64,000 nucleotides of DNA from an uncultured Thermoleophilia bacterium (GCA_963702475.1 CAVPCT010000005.1:128001-192000); one strand, 5' to 3'. Positions 9,208-20,197 are shown, counted from the stretch's first letter. The notes: generated by a model from the sequence alone, not told the origin. Numbers and translations: made by a program.

Positions 9208-11702
9208 GAGCTGTGGCTCGCGGTCCTCGATACGTCGACCTTACCCTGAGGGCGGACGAGATGGTAGCCGCCCTCCCGCGCGTGCAGCAGGCCGGCCTCA
9301 CGCAGCGCCCGCAGGGCCGCCGAGACGGCGCCGGCCGGGCGCAAGAACGGGTCGCCCCTCAGGAGTTCCTGCTCGAGGCCATCGTCAAACACGCCCGATC
9401 CCGCACTCAGCGTGCGCCAGACGCGGCGCATGACGCCGTCAAGGTCGAGCTCGGCGGCGGCCACACGCGCCGCGAGGTCGGCCTCGGGCGCGCCCCAGAG
9501 GGCGTGGACCCACGCCTGGGGTGCGGCCGCGGCGACGGTCGCGAACAGGCGGCGCGTGAACGGCGGGTCGAGCAGGACGACGTGGTCGAAGGCGGCGGCC
9601 GTCTGCGGCCGCGCCGCCACCACATCGTAGCCGGCGAGCACGACGTCCGCGCCGGCCACGGCGGGCAGCCGGCCGGCGCAGCCGGCCTGCACGTACGCCG
9701 CCGTGCGCGCCAGCTGCGGCGAGAGCACGTCGCGGGTCAGCAACGGGCGGCGCCGCGCGACGTCGGCCGTCAGCACGAGCACGCGGCCGCCCCCGGCGGC
9801 CAGCGCGGCCAGGGCCGAGGCGGGCGGGCGGCCGCGGCCGTCCACGAGGCGCCCGGCGCGCCGCGCGCCGGCCAGCGCGTCGTCGCACCCGCCTGCCCCC
9901 AAGCCGGGGCCCTCCAGCGCCTCACGCCACAGAGACTCCCCGGTGAGGCGTTCGGCGCAGCTGAGGTCGCAGGCGGTGGCGCACAGATCGGCGCCGCAGG
10001 CCTCCAGCAGGTGCAGCGCCCTGACCTGCACCTGCGCCGTGACCGAGCCGCGGAACTCGTTCTTCTCCAGGTGGAGCGGCACGTCGTACCTGCCCTCCCG
10101 GACGAGCTCGCCGAGCCCGTTGAAATTGAAGTGGATCGCCTGGCACGAGGCGCCGTCGCAGCTCACGCGGCACTGGAGGTGCCTGTGGTCGCGGGTGAGG
10201 CGCGGCGCCTGGACCTCGGCGTTGTGCAGCAGAAGCGTGGGGCGGGCATTGCCGAAGCCGTGCGGCGCGAGCAGCTCGAGCTCGTCGGAGAGCCGCAGTG
10301 TGAGCTCATCGCCCCCCACGAGCGCGTCGATGCGACGCGTGCGCACGAGGTCGTCCGGGCCGAGCGCCGCCGCCGCCTGGGCGATGAACGCGTCCCGAAA
10401 GGCAGGGATGTCGCCGCGCCGCAGACGGAGCCCACAGGCGGCGCGGTGCCCGCCGAAAGCCTTGAGGTGCGCTGCGCACCGCTCGACGGCGCCGAGCAGA
10501 TCGAACGCCGGGATGCTGCGCCCCGACCCCTTGGCCTCGTCGCCGGCCTCGCTCAGCAGCACCGCCGGACGGTTGAAGCGCTCGACCACGCGCGACGCCA
10601 CGATGCCCACCACTCCCTCATGCCACTCCGGCGACGAGAGCACGAGCGCCGCCGGCGGCGGGTCGGGCACCATGGCACACGCCGCCGCGAACATGCCGGT
10701 CTCGAGCTCCTGCCGCTCCCGATTGAGCTCGTCCAGCCTGAGCGCGAGCGGGAGCGCCGCGGTGCGGTCGGCGCTCCCGAGCAGCTCGAGCGCCAGCGAG
10801 GCGTCCTCGAGCCGGCCGGCGGCGTTGAGCCGCGGCGCCAGACGGAACCCGACAACGCCGGCGTCGACGGCATCGGGCCTGACGCGAGCGACCTCAAGGA
10901 GCGCGGAGAGCCCCGGCCGAGGGGCGCTGCGCAGACGGCCGAGGCCGAGACGGGCCAGCGTGCGGTTCTCTCCTGTGAGCGGCACGATGTCGGCGATGGT
11001 GCCGATGGCGACGACGTCGGCGAGCGCGCGCAGCGCGAGCGGCACGTCGACCGCAGGCTCGCCCCGCGGGGGCTCGATGAGGAGCGCGTGGGCGAGTTTG
11101 AAGGCGACGCCCACCCCGGCCAGGTGGGGGTACGGGTAGCCCGGGAGTCGCGGCGTCACCACGACGCAGTCGGGAAGGTCGCCCTCGATCTCGTGGTGGT
11201 CGGTGACCACGACGTCCATGCCGAGGTCGTGCGCCAGAGCCACCTCGGCGCGGGCGTTCACGCCGCAGTCGACGGTGACGAGCAGCTTGACGCCCGCCGC
11301 GGCCAGCTCCTCGACGGCGGTCGCCGAGACCCCGTACCCCTCCACGAAGCGGTTGGGGAGGTGCCAGCGCACGTCCGCGCCGAGCTCCTCGAGCACGCTC
11401 ACCAGGAGGAAGGTGGCCGTGATGCCGTCGGCGTCGTAGTCGCCGTGCACCGCGATGGGCTCGCGGGCGGCCAACGCCCGGTCGATACGCCGCCGGGCCT
11501 CGGCGATGCCGGACAGGAGATACGGGTCGTGCACCGTGACGTCGGGGTGGAGGAACGCACGCGCCTCGGCGGGGTCGGCGAACCCCCGGCGCACCAGCAC
11601 CTGGGCCAGGACCTCGCCGACCTCGAGCTCCTCGCAGAGTCGCCGGACGTCCGCGTATGACGCGGGCGGGATGCTCCAGGAGCCGGGATCGGTCACGTCC
11701 AC
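9147..11702 (-). CDS. recJ: ssDNA exonuclease RecJ with long C-terminal extension
   Basis: GDYDADG, TVDCG, TDHH, GTIADIVPL, PRLNAAGR, GSGRS, GGH motifs. Confidence 0.93.
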   Translation of the reverse strand: MDVTDPGSWSIPPASYADVRRLCEELEVGEVLAQVLVRRGFADPAEARAFLHPDVTVHDPYLLSGIAEARRRIDRALAAREPIAVHGDYDADGITATFLLVSVLEELGADVRWHLPNRFVEGYGVSATAVEELAAAGVKLLVTVDCGVNARAEVALAHDLGMDVVVTDHHEIEGDLPDCVVVTPRLPGYPYPHLAGVGVAFKLAHALLIEPPRGEPAVDVPLALRALADVVAIGTIADIVPLTGENRTLARLGLGRLRSAPRPGLSALLEVARVRPDAVDAGVVGFRLAPRLNAAGRLEDASLALELLGSADRTAALPLALRLDELNRERQELETGMFAAACAMVPDPPPAALVLSSPEWHEGVVGIVASRVVERFNRPAVLLSEAGDEAKGSGRSIPAFDLLGAVERCAAHLKAFGGHRAACGLRLRRGDIPAFRDAFIAQAAAALGPDDLVRTRRIDALVGGDELTLRLSDELELLAPHGFGNARPTLLLHNAEVQAPRLTRDHRHLQCRVSCDGASCQAIHFNFNGLGELVREGRYDVPLHLEKNEFRGSVTAQVQVRALHLLEACGADLCATACDLSCAERLTGESLWREALEGPGLGAGGCDDALAGARRAGRLVDGRGRPPASALAALAAGGGRVLVLTADVARRRPLLTRDVLSPQLARTAAYVQAGCAGRLPAVAGADVVLAGYDVVAARPQTAAAFDHVVLLDPPFTRRLFATVAAAAPQAWVHALWGAPEADLAARVAAAELDLDGVMRRVWRTLSAGSGVFDDGLEQELLRGDPFLRPAGAVSAALRALREAGLLHAREGGYHLVRPQGKVDVSRTASHSSWRSLFRTSSFLQTCLTAAL

Positions 11703-11786
11703 ATCACGACGCGAGTGTACCGCGTGCCCGGGACGGACGCCGCCTCCGCGCGCGGCCCGCGTCCGCCGTGCGCCGGCGAGGCGCGC

Positions 11787-12587
11787 TCAGGAGCCCGGAG
11801 GCGGCGCGTCAGACGGGTCGGCGGATCCGAGGGACAACTCGTCGCCGCCCGCGGCGGCCTCGCCGAGGCCTGGGGTCTCGTCGGCACCAGGGGCGACGTC
11901 CCGCCCCGCGTCGGCGGCGGCCCCGGCGGCCACGGTGACGGCGGTCACATCGGTGCCGGCCTCGACGTCGCCGAGCGGCTCCCGGTACGAGACGAGCGTC
12001 TCGTCCACGTCGGGCTCGGTCTCGCCCGCTGCGGAGCCGGCGGTCGTCTCGTCCGGTCCTCCAGACGCGAACCCTGCGGGCGCGACCTTCGCCGGCTCGG
12101 GCGGTGCCTCTTCGCCGCCTTCGGGAGCCGCGCCCGCGACCTCGTCCCACCCGACCGCGGACGACGCGGCGACGGCCATGGTCACCGCCGTGGCGTCGGC
12201 CGGGACGGCCTCGCCCGCCGCGGTGGAAGCCGCGAGCGCCGCGGGCTCGGGAGGCGCCGGGGCAAGCGCCGTTGCCTCGACGGCGACGACTTCCGCGACG
12301 GCGGTCCGCTCGTCGGCAGCCTGCGCCTCACGCAGACGCTTGTACGTCTTTCCCAGCTCCTTCTCGAGCCGCCGCTGTGCCGCCACCGCAGCGCCGCGCG
12401 CGGTCCAGGCCGCGACCACACCGGCGGCGACCACCACGGCGGCGAGAACGACCGACAGCCAGAAGAGCGAGACCCCGGTCCAGCTGAGGGCGAGGAAGTC
12501 CAGGTCGAACGTCACGCCGTGGTTGACCGCCCCGACGGCGACGAGCACCAGGGCGACGATGACCAGGATGGTGAGCGCGGTACGCAC
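11787..12587 (-). CDS. Hypothetical membrane protein: two TM helices (LapA/DUF1049-like) plus Ala/Glu/Pro-rich disordered tail
   Basis: Two hydrophobic segments, short coiled coil, low-complexity tail; GGAGG RBS before the GTG at 12587. Confidence 0.6.
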   Translation of the reverse strand: MRTALTILVIVALVLVAVGAVNHGVTFDLDFLALSWTGVSLFWLSVVLAAVVVAAGVVAAWTARGAAVAAQRRLEKELGKTYKRLREAQAADERTAVAEVVAVEATALAPAPPEPAALAASTAAGEAVPADATAVTMAVAASSAVGWDEVAGAAPEGGEEAPPEPAKVAPAGFASGGPDETTAGSAAGETEPDVDETLVSYREPLGDVEAGTDVTAVTVAAGAAADAGRDVAPGADETPGLGEAAAGGDELSLGSADPSDAPPPGS

Positions 12588-12742
12588 GACGGACCCCTCC
12601 TCAGTGGCGACTGTCGGCAGCGAGTATAGAGCACGAGCGCAGGACGGCGCGCCGGTGAGGCACCGCCCGGCGCGCTCCGCCGCCCGCGGCAGGGGCGGAG
12701 GGCGCCGCCGGCCCACGGTCCGCGGCCGTCGTCACAGCGGCG

Positions 12743-13675
12743 TCACAGGCGCTCGATCTCAGCCTTCTCGCGCGCCTGTTCGAGCCACCGGGCCAGGGCC
12801 GCGGAACGCAGCTCCCCGTCGAGGCCATCCTGGATCTGCTCACGCACGTCGCTGAACGGCACGACCTCGGACGGCCGCCGGCCGAGCAGCTTGATCACCC
12901 ACACGCCTCCGGGGCCACGCGTGGGCGGCGTGACCTCGTCGGCGCCGAGTCTCCCGACGGCCTTTCGGAGCGGTGCCGGCAGCGACGACGGTTCCACCCA
13001 GCCCATCATCCCCTCACTCGCCTTGAGCTCGGGGTCGATGGAGAACTGCCGTGCCACCTCCTCGAACGGCCGGCCCTGCTCGAGCCGTTCGATAGCGTTG
13101 CCGGCGATGCCCTCGTTGCGCACGACCAGAGCGCCCAGCGCCCACGCCTCTGCCGTGGAGAACAGCTTTGTGCGGTTCTCCTCGTAGAACGTGCGGACCG
13201 CTTTGGCGCCGGCCTTGAGATCGGGGAACCTCGCATCCTGGACGGCTTCGCTCACGATGCCGCGCGCGAGAGTCGCGCGGAACTGCTCACTCGAGATGTC
13301 CGTCTGCTCCAGGGCGGCGGCGAACGCCTGCTCGCCGCCCATCTGCTCGCGCACGGCGGCGAGCCGGCGGTCCACCTCGGCCTCGTCGGCCGACACCCCC
13401 AGGCGCTCCGCATCCGCCTCGATCAGCGCTCCGTCGATGGCCGTCTCGAGACCTGCCGCGGCCGTATCTTCGCGTCCGGCCAGCCGGGCCTCGGCACGCG
13501 CCAGTTCTACGTCGCTCCGGCGCACCTCGCGACCGTCCACGCGCGCGACGACGGGATCGGCTTGAGCGTTCGACGAGGAGTCGGCCTTCGGCGCCTCGCC
13601 GCACGCGGCGGCCCCGGCAGCGAGCAACGCGAAAGCGGCGAGAGCGGCGACCGCTCTGGAGAGGGGAGACACCAC
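12743..13675 (-). CDS. PrsA/SurA-like parvulin PPIase lipoprotein
   Basis: Lipobox-like AAAC, VARVDG, FEEVARQFSIDP, GMMGWV. Confidence 0.8.
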   Translation of the reverse strand: MVSPLSRAVAALAAFALLAAGAAACGEAPKADSSSNAQADPVVARVDGREVRRSDVELARAEARLAGREDTAAAGLETAIDGALIEADAERLGVSADEAEVDRRLAAVREQMGGEQAFAAALEQTDISSEQFRATLARGIVSEAVQDARFPDLKAGAKAVRTFYEENRTKLFSTAEAWALGALVVRNEGIAGNAIERLEQGRPFEEVARQFSIDPELKASEGMMGWVEPSSLPAPLRKAVGRLGADEVTPPTRGPGGVWVIKLLGRRPSEVVPFSDVREQIQDGLDGELRSAALARWLEQAREKAEIERL

Positions 13676-13746
13676 GGCCGGGAGACGGGCGACACCGCGC
13701 CGGGGATCGCGCGAGGCCGGGCGGGAACGGGCGGGCGGGCTCGGAG

Positions 13747-14802
13747 TCAGCCGCGAGTCTCCGTATCGGGAAGAGCCGCCCTGAACGGCTCCTTCTCGAC
13801 ACGGCGCTGCCCGTCGGCGAACCGCGCCGGGAAGTAGCAGGCCATCTCGTGCGTCTCGCCGGCGTCGCCGCCGGTGTTGACCAGCCGGGGCATGGCCGTG
13901 ACGCAGACCTCCTGCGCACGGGGACAGCGCGGATGGAACACGCAGCCCTTGGGCGGATTGGCTGGGCTGGGCACGTCGCCCTCCAGGATGATGCGGCGGC
14001 GCGCCCGCTCCGTGTGCGGGTCGGGGATCGGCACCGCCGAGAGCAGGGCCTCGGTGTACGGATGCTGCGGGAAGTCGTACAGCAGCTTGCTGTCCGAGAT
14101 CTCGACGATCTTGCCCAGATACATCACGGCGACGCGGTCGGAGATGTGCTTGACCACGGAGAGGTCGTGAGCGATGAACACGTACGTGAGGTCGAGCTCG
14201 TCCTGCAGGTCCTCGAGCAGGTTGATCACCTGGGCGCGGATGGAGACGTCGAGGGCGCTGACCGGCTCGTCGCAGATGATGAGCTTCGGGTTGAGCGCCA
14301 GGGCGCGGGCGATGCCGATGCGCTGGCGCTGCCCGCCCGAGAACTCGTGCGGGTAGCGCTCGGCGTGCTCGGCGTTGAGCCCGACCGTCTCGAGGAGCTC
14401 GTACACGCGCTTCTTGCGCTCCTCCTTCGTACCGATGCCGTGGATCTTGAGCGACTCGCCGACGATGTCGCGCACACGCATGCGCGGGTTCAGCGAGGCG
14501 TACGGGTCCTGGAAGATGATCTGCATGTCGCGGCGCAGCTTCTGCATCTCACCGCCGGACGCCTTCATGACGTCGATGTCCTCGAACACCACGGAACCGG
14601 CCGTGGCTTCGATGAGGCGCAGGACGGCGCGGCCGGTAGTGGACTTGCCACAGCCGCTCTCCCCCACCAGGCCCAGGGTCTCGCCCTTCTCCACGGAGAA
14701 GCTCACTCCGTCCACGGCGTACACGGTGCCGGTCTGGCGCTTGAGCACTCCCGACTTGATGGGGAAGTGCTTCTTCAGGTCGCGCACCTCGAGCAGGCTC
14801 AC
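13747..14802 (-). CDS. oppF: Oligopeptide ABC transporter ATPase
   Basis: [30 protein letters not shown]-terminal Cys cluster. Confidence 0.92.
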   Translation of the reverse strand: MSLLEVRDLKKHFPIKSGVLKRQTGTVYAVDGVSFSVEKGETLGLVGESGCGKSTTGRAVLRLIEATAGSVVFEDIDVMKASGGEMQKLRRDMQIIFQDPYASLNPRMRVRDIVGESLKIHGIGTKEERKKRVYELLETVGLNAEHAERYPHEFSGGQRQRIGIARALALNPKLIICDEPVSALDVSIRAQVINLLEDLQDELDLTYVFIAHDLSVVKHISDRVAVMYLGKIVEISDSKLLYDFPQHPYTEALLSAVPIPDPHTERARRRIILEGDVPSPANPPKGCVFHPRCPRAQEVCVTAMPRLVNTGGDAGETHEMACYFPARFADGQRRVEKEPFRAALPDTETRG

Positions 14803-15827
14803 AGCGCCGCCTCGCTCTCGAAGTGCGGCAGCTTACAGCGGATCGACTGACGCTCGTCCCTGGGAATCCAGCAGCTCACGCCGTGGTCGGCGCCCACGAT
14901 CTCGAGAGCCGGCCACTCGTTGCGGCACTGCGGACGCTCGTAGGGGCAGCGGCTTGAGAAGGGGCACCCGCTGGGGAGCGCGATGAGGTCCGGCGGCTGG
15001 CCCGTGATGGGTGTGAGCCGCGACTTCTCGGCCACGTCCAGTCGCGGCAGCGAGCCCAGCAGCCCCCAGGTGTACGGATGATGGGGGTTGTAGTAGATCT
15101 CGTCCACGGGGCCGTACTCGACGGTGCGGCCGCCGTACATGACCATCACCTTGTCGGCGATCTCGGCGACCACGCCGAGGTCGTGGGTGATGGCGATGAC
15201 GCCGCTCGCGTACCGCTCCTGCATCTCGCGGATGACGTCGATGATCTGCGCCTGGATGGTGACGTCGAGCGCCGTGGTGGGCTCATCGGCGATGAGGATG
15301 TCGGGGTTGCAGCTGATGGCCATGGCGATCATGGCGCGCTGGCGCATGCCCCCCGAGAACTCGAACGGGTACTGATTGACGCGGTTCTCGGCGTCGGGGA
15401 TGCCGACGCGGTCCAGGAGTTGCGCAGCCATCTGCCACGCCTCGCCCTTGCTCTTGTCCTGGTGGAGGATGATGGCCTCGGCGATCTGCGCGCCCACCTT
15501 GACCACCGGGTTCAGGCTGGTCATGGGGTCCTGGAAGATCATGGCGATATCGTTGCCGCGCACCGCACGCATCTCGTCGTCGGCGATGGTGCGCAGGTCG
15601 CGGCCGCGCAGGTCGATGCGGCCGCCGACGATCTTGCCCGGCGGGTCGGGGATGAGACGCATGATGGACAGGGCCGCGACCGTCTTGCCGGAGCCCGACT
15701 CGCCGACGATGCCGAGCGTCTCCTTGCGGTCGAGCGTGAAGCTCACGCCGTTGACGGCCTTGACCACCCCGGCGTAGGTGAAGAAGTGGGTCGAGAGATC
15801 CTCGACGGTGAGCAGACGTTCGCTCAT
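14799..15827 (-). CDS. oppD: Oligopeptide ABC transporter ATPase
   Basis: Real start MSERLL at 15827; [24 protein letters not shown]. Confidence 0.92.
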   Translation of the reverse strand: MSERLLTVEDLSTHFFTYAGVVKAVNGVSFTLDRKETLGIVGESGSGKTVAALSIMRLIPDPPGKIVGGRIDLRGRDLRTIADDEMRAVRGNDIAMIFQDPMTSLNPVVKVGAQIAEAIILHQDKSKGEAWQMAAQLLDRVGIPDAENRVNQYPFEFSGGMRQRAMIAMAISCNPDILIADEPTTALDVTIQAQIIDVIREMQERYASGVIAITHDLGVVAEIADKVMVMYGGRTVEYGPVDEIYYNPHHPYTWGLLGSLPRLDVAEKSRLTPITGQPPDLIALPSGCPFSSRCPYERPQCRNEWPALEIVGADHGVSCWIPRDERQSIRCKLPHFESEAAL

Positions 15828-15829
15828 CC

Positions 15830-16873
15830 CTACTCCTTCAGCTTGGGGTCGGTGGCGTCGCGCAGGCCGTTGCCGAAGGAGATGAAGCCGAACACCGTGA
15901 CCACGAGGGCGATGCTCGGGAACGTGAGCATCCACCAGCTGCCGGCCCAGAAGTAGCTGAGGTAGTCGGCGATCATCTTGCCCCACGAGGCGTTCGGCGG
16001 CTGGATGCCGATGCCGAGGTAGCTCAGGGCGGCCTCGGTGACGATGGCGCCGCCCACGCCCATGGCGATGGCCACGTAGACCGGCGCCATGGTGTTGGGC
16101 AGCACGTGCCGGAAGATCACGCGCAAGTCGCTGGCGCCCTGCGCGCGCGCCGCCTCCACGTACTCCATGGACTTGACGCTGAGCACGGAGCCGCGGTTGA
16201 GGCGCGCGTAGCTGGCCCACCCGAGGATACCGATGGCGATGAACACGTTCTGGAAGCCCGGACCGAGCACCACCATGATGAGCAGCACGAAGAGGATGTA
16301 GGGGAAGGCGAAGAAGATGTCGGCCAGGCGCATGATCACGGAGTCGACCCAGCCCCCGTAGTAGCCGGAGATGGGGCCGAGGATGAGGCCGATGATGAGG
16401 GCGATGGCCACGGCGATGACGCCGACCAGCATGGAGATGCGGGTGGCGACCAAGGTGCGCGAGAACACGTCGCGGCCCAGGTAGTCGGTGCCGAAGGGGT
16501 GCGCCCACGTAGGCGGGGAGCCTTTGCCCTGGGGAGAGAGCTCGTAGTTGACCTGATTGGGCGGATACGGCGCCAGGTAACCTTGCGGCGTGAGCGCCGC
16601 CACGGTCTGGGTGACGCCGACGATGAGGAAGACCACGATGATGCCCAGACCGACGAGCGCCAGCCTGTTGCGCTTGAGCCGGCGCCAGGTGTCGCCCCAG
16701 AGCGAGAGCGGCTTGCGCGGCTTGCCAGCCTCCTCGTGCCGCCGCTCGAGCTCCTCGGTGAGCACCTCCGTGGTGCCGCGGGCGTCGATCGACTCGCCGG
16801 TGGTGATGGTGCTGCCGCTGTCGTCCCTGTAGCCCCGGTCGTCCCGGGGCCCGCTGTCCCAGTGGTCGGCCAC
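15830..16873 (-). CDS. oppC: Oligopeptide ABC permease
   Basis: HPFGTDYLGRD, EAARAQGA loop, TM helices. Confidence 0.92.
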   Translation of the reverse strand: MADHWDSGPRDDRGYRDDSGSTITTGESIDARGTTEVLTEELERRHEEAGKPRKPLSLWGDTWRRLKRNRLALVGLGIIVVFLIVGVTQTVAALTPQGYLAPYPPNQVNYELSPQGKGSPPTWAHPFGTDYLGRDVFSRTLVATRISMLVGVIAVAIALIIGLILGPISGYYGGWVDSVIMRLADIFFAFPYILFVLLIMVVLGPGFQNVFIAIGILGWASYARLNRGSVLSVKSMEYVEAARAQGASDLRVIFRHVLPNTMAPVYVAIAMGVGGAIVTEAALSYLGIGIQPPNASWGKMIADYLSYFWAGSWWMLTFPSIALVVTVFGFISFGNGLRDATDPKLKE

Positions 16874-16876
16874 GGC

Positions 16877-17833
16877 TCAGCCCTCGAGGCGGATGCGCGG
16901 GTCGACCCAGGCGTAGCCGAGGTCGACGAACAGGTTGGCGAACACGTACACGATGGTGGCGAACAGCACGCCGCCGGCGACCACGGGCAGGTCGCGGGCA
17001 CCGATGGCCTGGTAGATCATGAGGCCGATCCCGGGGCGGTTGAACACGGTCTCGGTGAGGATGGCGCCGCCCATGAGGGCACCGAGGTCGATGCCGGCGA
17101 TGGTCATGACCGGTATGACGGCGTTCTTGAAGGCGTGCTTGCGCACCACGGCGCTCTCGGAGAGGCCCTTGGCCCGCGCCGTGCGGATGTAGTCGGCGCG
17201 GATGACCTCGAGCATGGAGGCGCGCTGCATGTACGAGATGTAGGCCACCTCGATCAGGCCGAGCGTGACCGCCGGCAGGATGAGGGTGAGGAAACTGTTC
17301 CAGCTCGCCGGGATGACCCACGCTACGTTATCGCCTGCGCCGATGAGCGGAAGCAGGTTGAGCTTGTAGCCGAACAGCCACTGCATGAACACGCCGAGCA
17401 CGAACACGGGGATGCCCCAGATGATGAGAGCGGCCGTGGTGAGGGTGGTGTCCCAGAACGTGAACTGGCGCAGCGCGGAGTAGATCCCCAACGGGATGCC
17501 GAGCAGCTCGATGAGTACTGCCGCAAGCGCAAGCTGGATGGTATTGGGCGCGTTCTCCCTGATCATCTGCGTGACCGGCTTCTGGAGCTGGTACGACTCG
17601 CCGAGGTCGAGACGCACGATGCGCCCCAGGAACCGGTAGTACTGGACGTAGAGCGGCTTGTCGAGCCCGAGCCGCTCGCGGATGTCCTGGATCTTCTCCG
17701 GGGTGGCGTTCTTGCCGGCGACCAACTGGGCCGGGTCGCCGGGGATGGCGAACATGATGAGGAAGGTGATGACGGTGACGCCTATCAGCACGATGACGAG
17801 CTGAAGGAGACGCCTGACGATGTAGGCCACCAT
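16877..17833 (-). CDS. oppB: Oligopeptide ABC permease
   Basis: YIVRRLL, PGDPA, YIRTARAKGL, ETVFNRPGIG. Confidence 0.92.
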   Translation of the reverse strand: MVAYIVRRLLQLVIVLIGVTVITFLIMFAIPGDPAQLVAGKNATPEKIQDIRERLGLDKPLYVQYYRFLGRIVRLDLGESYQLQKPVTQMIRENAPNTIQLALAAVLIELLGIPLGIYSALRQFTFWDTTLTTAALIIWGIPVFVLGVFMQWLFGYKLNLLPLIGAGDNVAWVIPASWNSFLTLILPAVTLGLIEVAYISYMQRASMLEVIRADYIRTARAKGLSESAVVRKHAFKNAVIPVMTIAGIDLGALMGGAILTETVFNRPGIGLMIYQAIGARDLPVVAGGVLFATIVYVFANLFVDLGYAWVDPRIRLEG

Positions 17834-17901
17834 GCCGGCTACTCTACCTCATTGCCGGGCGCGCCTGTGTACGCGCCCGTGGCCCGAAGCGGTGCAGAGA
17901 C

Positions 17902-17940
17902 GGTGGCGGCCCGCCGCTCCTTGAGCGGCGGGCCGCCACC
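17902..17940 (-). terminator. Intercistronic hairpin after oppA
   Basis: 18-bp perfect stem; a second small hairpin lies at about 17963-17982. Confidence 0.6.
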
Positions 17941-18002
17941 TCGAAAGCTACCGCTGCATTGTACGTATGCACTACTGCATACGCAACGTGCCGCGGGTCA
18001 GC

Positions 18003-19685
18003 TCACTGCTGGACCCAGAGCGTCCACATGTCGGTGAAGCCCATCGGGTTGTGGACGAAGTTGGCGATGCGGTTGTTGGTGACGCGGTAGTCCCGGTAGA
18101 AGTACAGCGGGACGGCCGGCATGTCGGTGAGGATGATCTTCTCGGCCTGCGCGTACAGGTTGTAGCGCTGCTGCGCGTCCTGCGTGGAGCGGGCCTGCAG
18201 GAGAAGGTCGTCCACCTGCTGGTTGGAGTAGAAGGTGTAGCTGCCGGTACGCGCCTGGTCCGACTGGAACAGCGGGTACAGGAAGTTGTCCATGGACGGG
18301 TAGTCTGCGATCCAGCCCATGCGGAAGAGCTGGCTGCCGCTGCCCTTGTTGCCCTTGGAGAGCTTGTCGAGGAAGGTGCCCCACTCGAAGTTGCTGAGCT
18401 TGACCTCGATGCCCGCCTGCTGCCAGCCGGCCTGCAGCACCTCGCCGATCTTCTGGTGACCCTCGTCGGTGTTGTACCAGTAGTTGAGAGCGGGGACGCT
18501 GCCGATGGCGGCGACGCGACTGGCGGCGTCCTCCGGGTTGTACGGATACGGGGTCTGCTCGGCCAGATAGCCGGGGATGCCCAGTGGGACGTAGCCGGCG
18601 GCCGGCAGGGAGACGCCCTCGTTGACGATGTTGATGACGTTCTGCGCGTCGGCGGACTCGGCGACGGCGATGCGCAGGTCCTGGTTCTGGCCCAGGGACT
18701 CGTCGGTCATGTTCATGCCGACGAAGTAGATCGCCAGCGCCGGCCAGCGCTTGGCCGTCCACTCACCGCTCTTGACCTTGGGGTTGTTCTCTGACGCGGT
18801 CACCTGGCCCGGCGGCACACTGGTGTAGTCGATGCTGCCCTTCTGGAACTCGAGCCACTCGGTCTGGCTCGAGGTGATGATCGGCATGTTGATGGTGTCG
18901 ATGTACGGCCCACCCGCCGTCTGGTTCCAGTAGTCGGGGTTCTTGACCAGCGTGACACTCTGGTTGTTCTTCCAGCTCTCGACCATGTACGGACCGGTGC
19001 CGACAGGCTTCTGGCTGAAGGCCTTGGCGCCGATCTGCTTCAGGTAGTCGAGGGGGAAGGCAGAGGCCACGGTGTGGCCCAGGGTCTGCGGGAACTCCGC
19101 GAACGGGTACCGCAGCTTGACCTCGAGCGTGTAGTCGTCGATGGCCGTCACGCCGGTGAGGCCGGCCTTGGGGTCGACCTGATAGCCGCCGTCGTCACAG
19201 CCCTCGATGGGCGCCAGGATGTACGACACGTACGACTGGTTGGCCGGGTCGGTGACGTAGTTCCACGAGTCGACGAAGTCCTGCGCCTTGACCTCACGGC
19301 TGACCGGCGCCTGGTACATGACACCCTGCTTGAGGTTGAAGGTCCATGTCTGTGAGTCGGTGGTCTCCCAGCTCTCCGCGAGCACGGGCTCGGCGACCAT
19401 CTCGCCCTTGTCGTTCATGACGTAGCCCGCGAGGCCCTCGAAGACCTGATGGGCGACCTGCATGCCCTCGGACTCCTGGGCGTTCACCGGCTCGATGGAG
19501 ACCGGGTTCGCGGTGAGCGGGTAGTTGTAGGTGCCGCCGGCGACCGGCGACGCGGCGGCGGAGGGACTAGCCTCGCCGCCGCCGCCTTCGCTGCTCTCGC
19601 CGCAGGCGCCGAGCGCCAGAGCGGCGACGATGAGCACTGCTGCGACGAGTAGCAGCCAGCGCGACCTCAGGACGGGTTTCTTCAC
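18003..19685 (-). CDS. oppA: Peptide ABC transporter substrate-binding lipoprotein (family 5)
   Basis: LGAC lipobox, LAESWE, PVGTGPY, GWIADYP; AAGGAGG before the GTG at 19685. Confidence 0.9.
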   Translation of the reverse strand: MKKPVLRSRWLLLVAAVLIVAALALGACGESSEGGGGEASPSAAASPVAGGTYNYPLTANPVSIEPVNAQESEGMQVAHQVFEGLAGYVMNDKGEMVAEPVLAESWETTDSQTWTFNLKQGVMYQAPVSREVKAQDFVDSWNYVTDPANQSYVSYILAPIEGCDDGGYQVDPKAGLTGVTAIDDYTLEVKLRYPFAEFPQTLGHTVASAFPLDYLKQIGAKAFSQKPVGTGPYMVESWKNNQSVTLVKNPDYWNQTAGGPYIDTINMPIITSSQTEWLEFQKGSIDYTSVPPGQVTASENNPKVKSGEWTAKRWPALAIYFVGMNMTDESLGQNQDLRIAVAESADAQNVINIVNEGVSLPAAGYVPLGIPGYLAEQTPYPYNPEDAASRVAAIGSVPALNYWYNTDEGHQKIGEVLQAGWQQAGIEVKLSNFEWGTFLDKLSKGNKGSGSQLFRMGWIADYPSMDNFLYPLFQSDQARTGSYTFYSNQQVDDLLLQARSTQDAQQRYNLYAQAEKIILTDMPAVPLYFYRDYRVTNNRIANFVHNPMGFTDMWTLWVQQ

Positions 19686-19856
19686 GGTGACCTCCTTCAC
19701 GACTGACCTTGCCTGTCCACCCCGTGCCCCCCCACGGGAAGGGTGGTCTCATGATGGGAGCCCTGCCTCCCGGTCTGACCAGTGTGTGCTGGTGAACACC
19801 CCCCTCTTCGCCCTCCCGCCGCTGAGACGGGAACGGGCATGCCGCCGGGACCGCGG

Positions 19857-20078
19857 CTAGCCGAGCCTCCACACGAGGAGGAACGACGTCACGAACCAGG
19901 CGACACCCGTGATGATGGTGTAGCGCGTGAGGTTGCGTTCCATGACGCTCGCCGACGAGGCGAACGAGAAGCCGGTGATGCTGGCCATGCCCGCATCCTT
20001 GCCGCTGTGCAGCAGGATGAGGCCGATGAGCACGAGGCTCTCTGAGATGAAAAGCGCGACGAAGACTGCGTTCAGCAC
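19857..20078 (-). CDS. secG: Preprotein translocase subunit SecG
   Basis: LILLHSGKDAG...MERNLTRYT with two TM helices; conserved position after the glycolytic operon. Confidence 0.88.
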   Translation of the reverse strand: MLNAVFVALFISESLVLIGLILLHSGKDAGMASITGFSFASSASVMERNLTRYTIITGVAWFVTSFLLVWRLG

Positions 20079-20197
20079 GTGGTTACTCCCCCTGCGAAGA
20101 CACTGACTGCATACGAGATATCCATTCTTGCACCACAGGCGAGCCGCGACAAACCCTGAAGGCCGGGCGGGCCGCGAAGCGGCGGCCCCGGCCGGCA

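Noticed and set aside
15828-17321. Apparent 840-aa OppD with a long N-terminal extension
   Set aside because: The extension overlaps oppB/oppC in another frame; the true start is the ATG at 15827 with a GGAG RBS
19690-19856. Possible riboswitch or T-box upstream of oppA
   Set aside because: No recognisable aptamer or T-box motif by eye; only generic GC pairing
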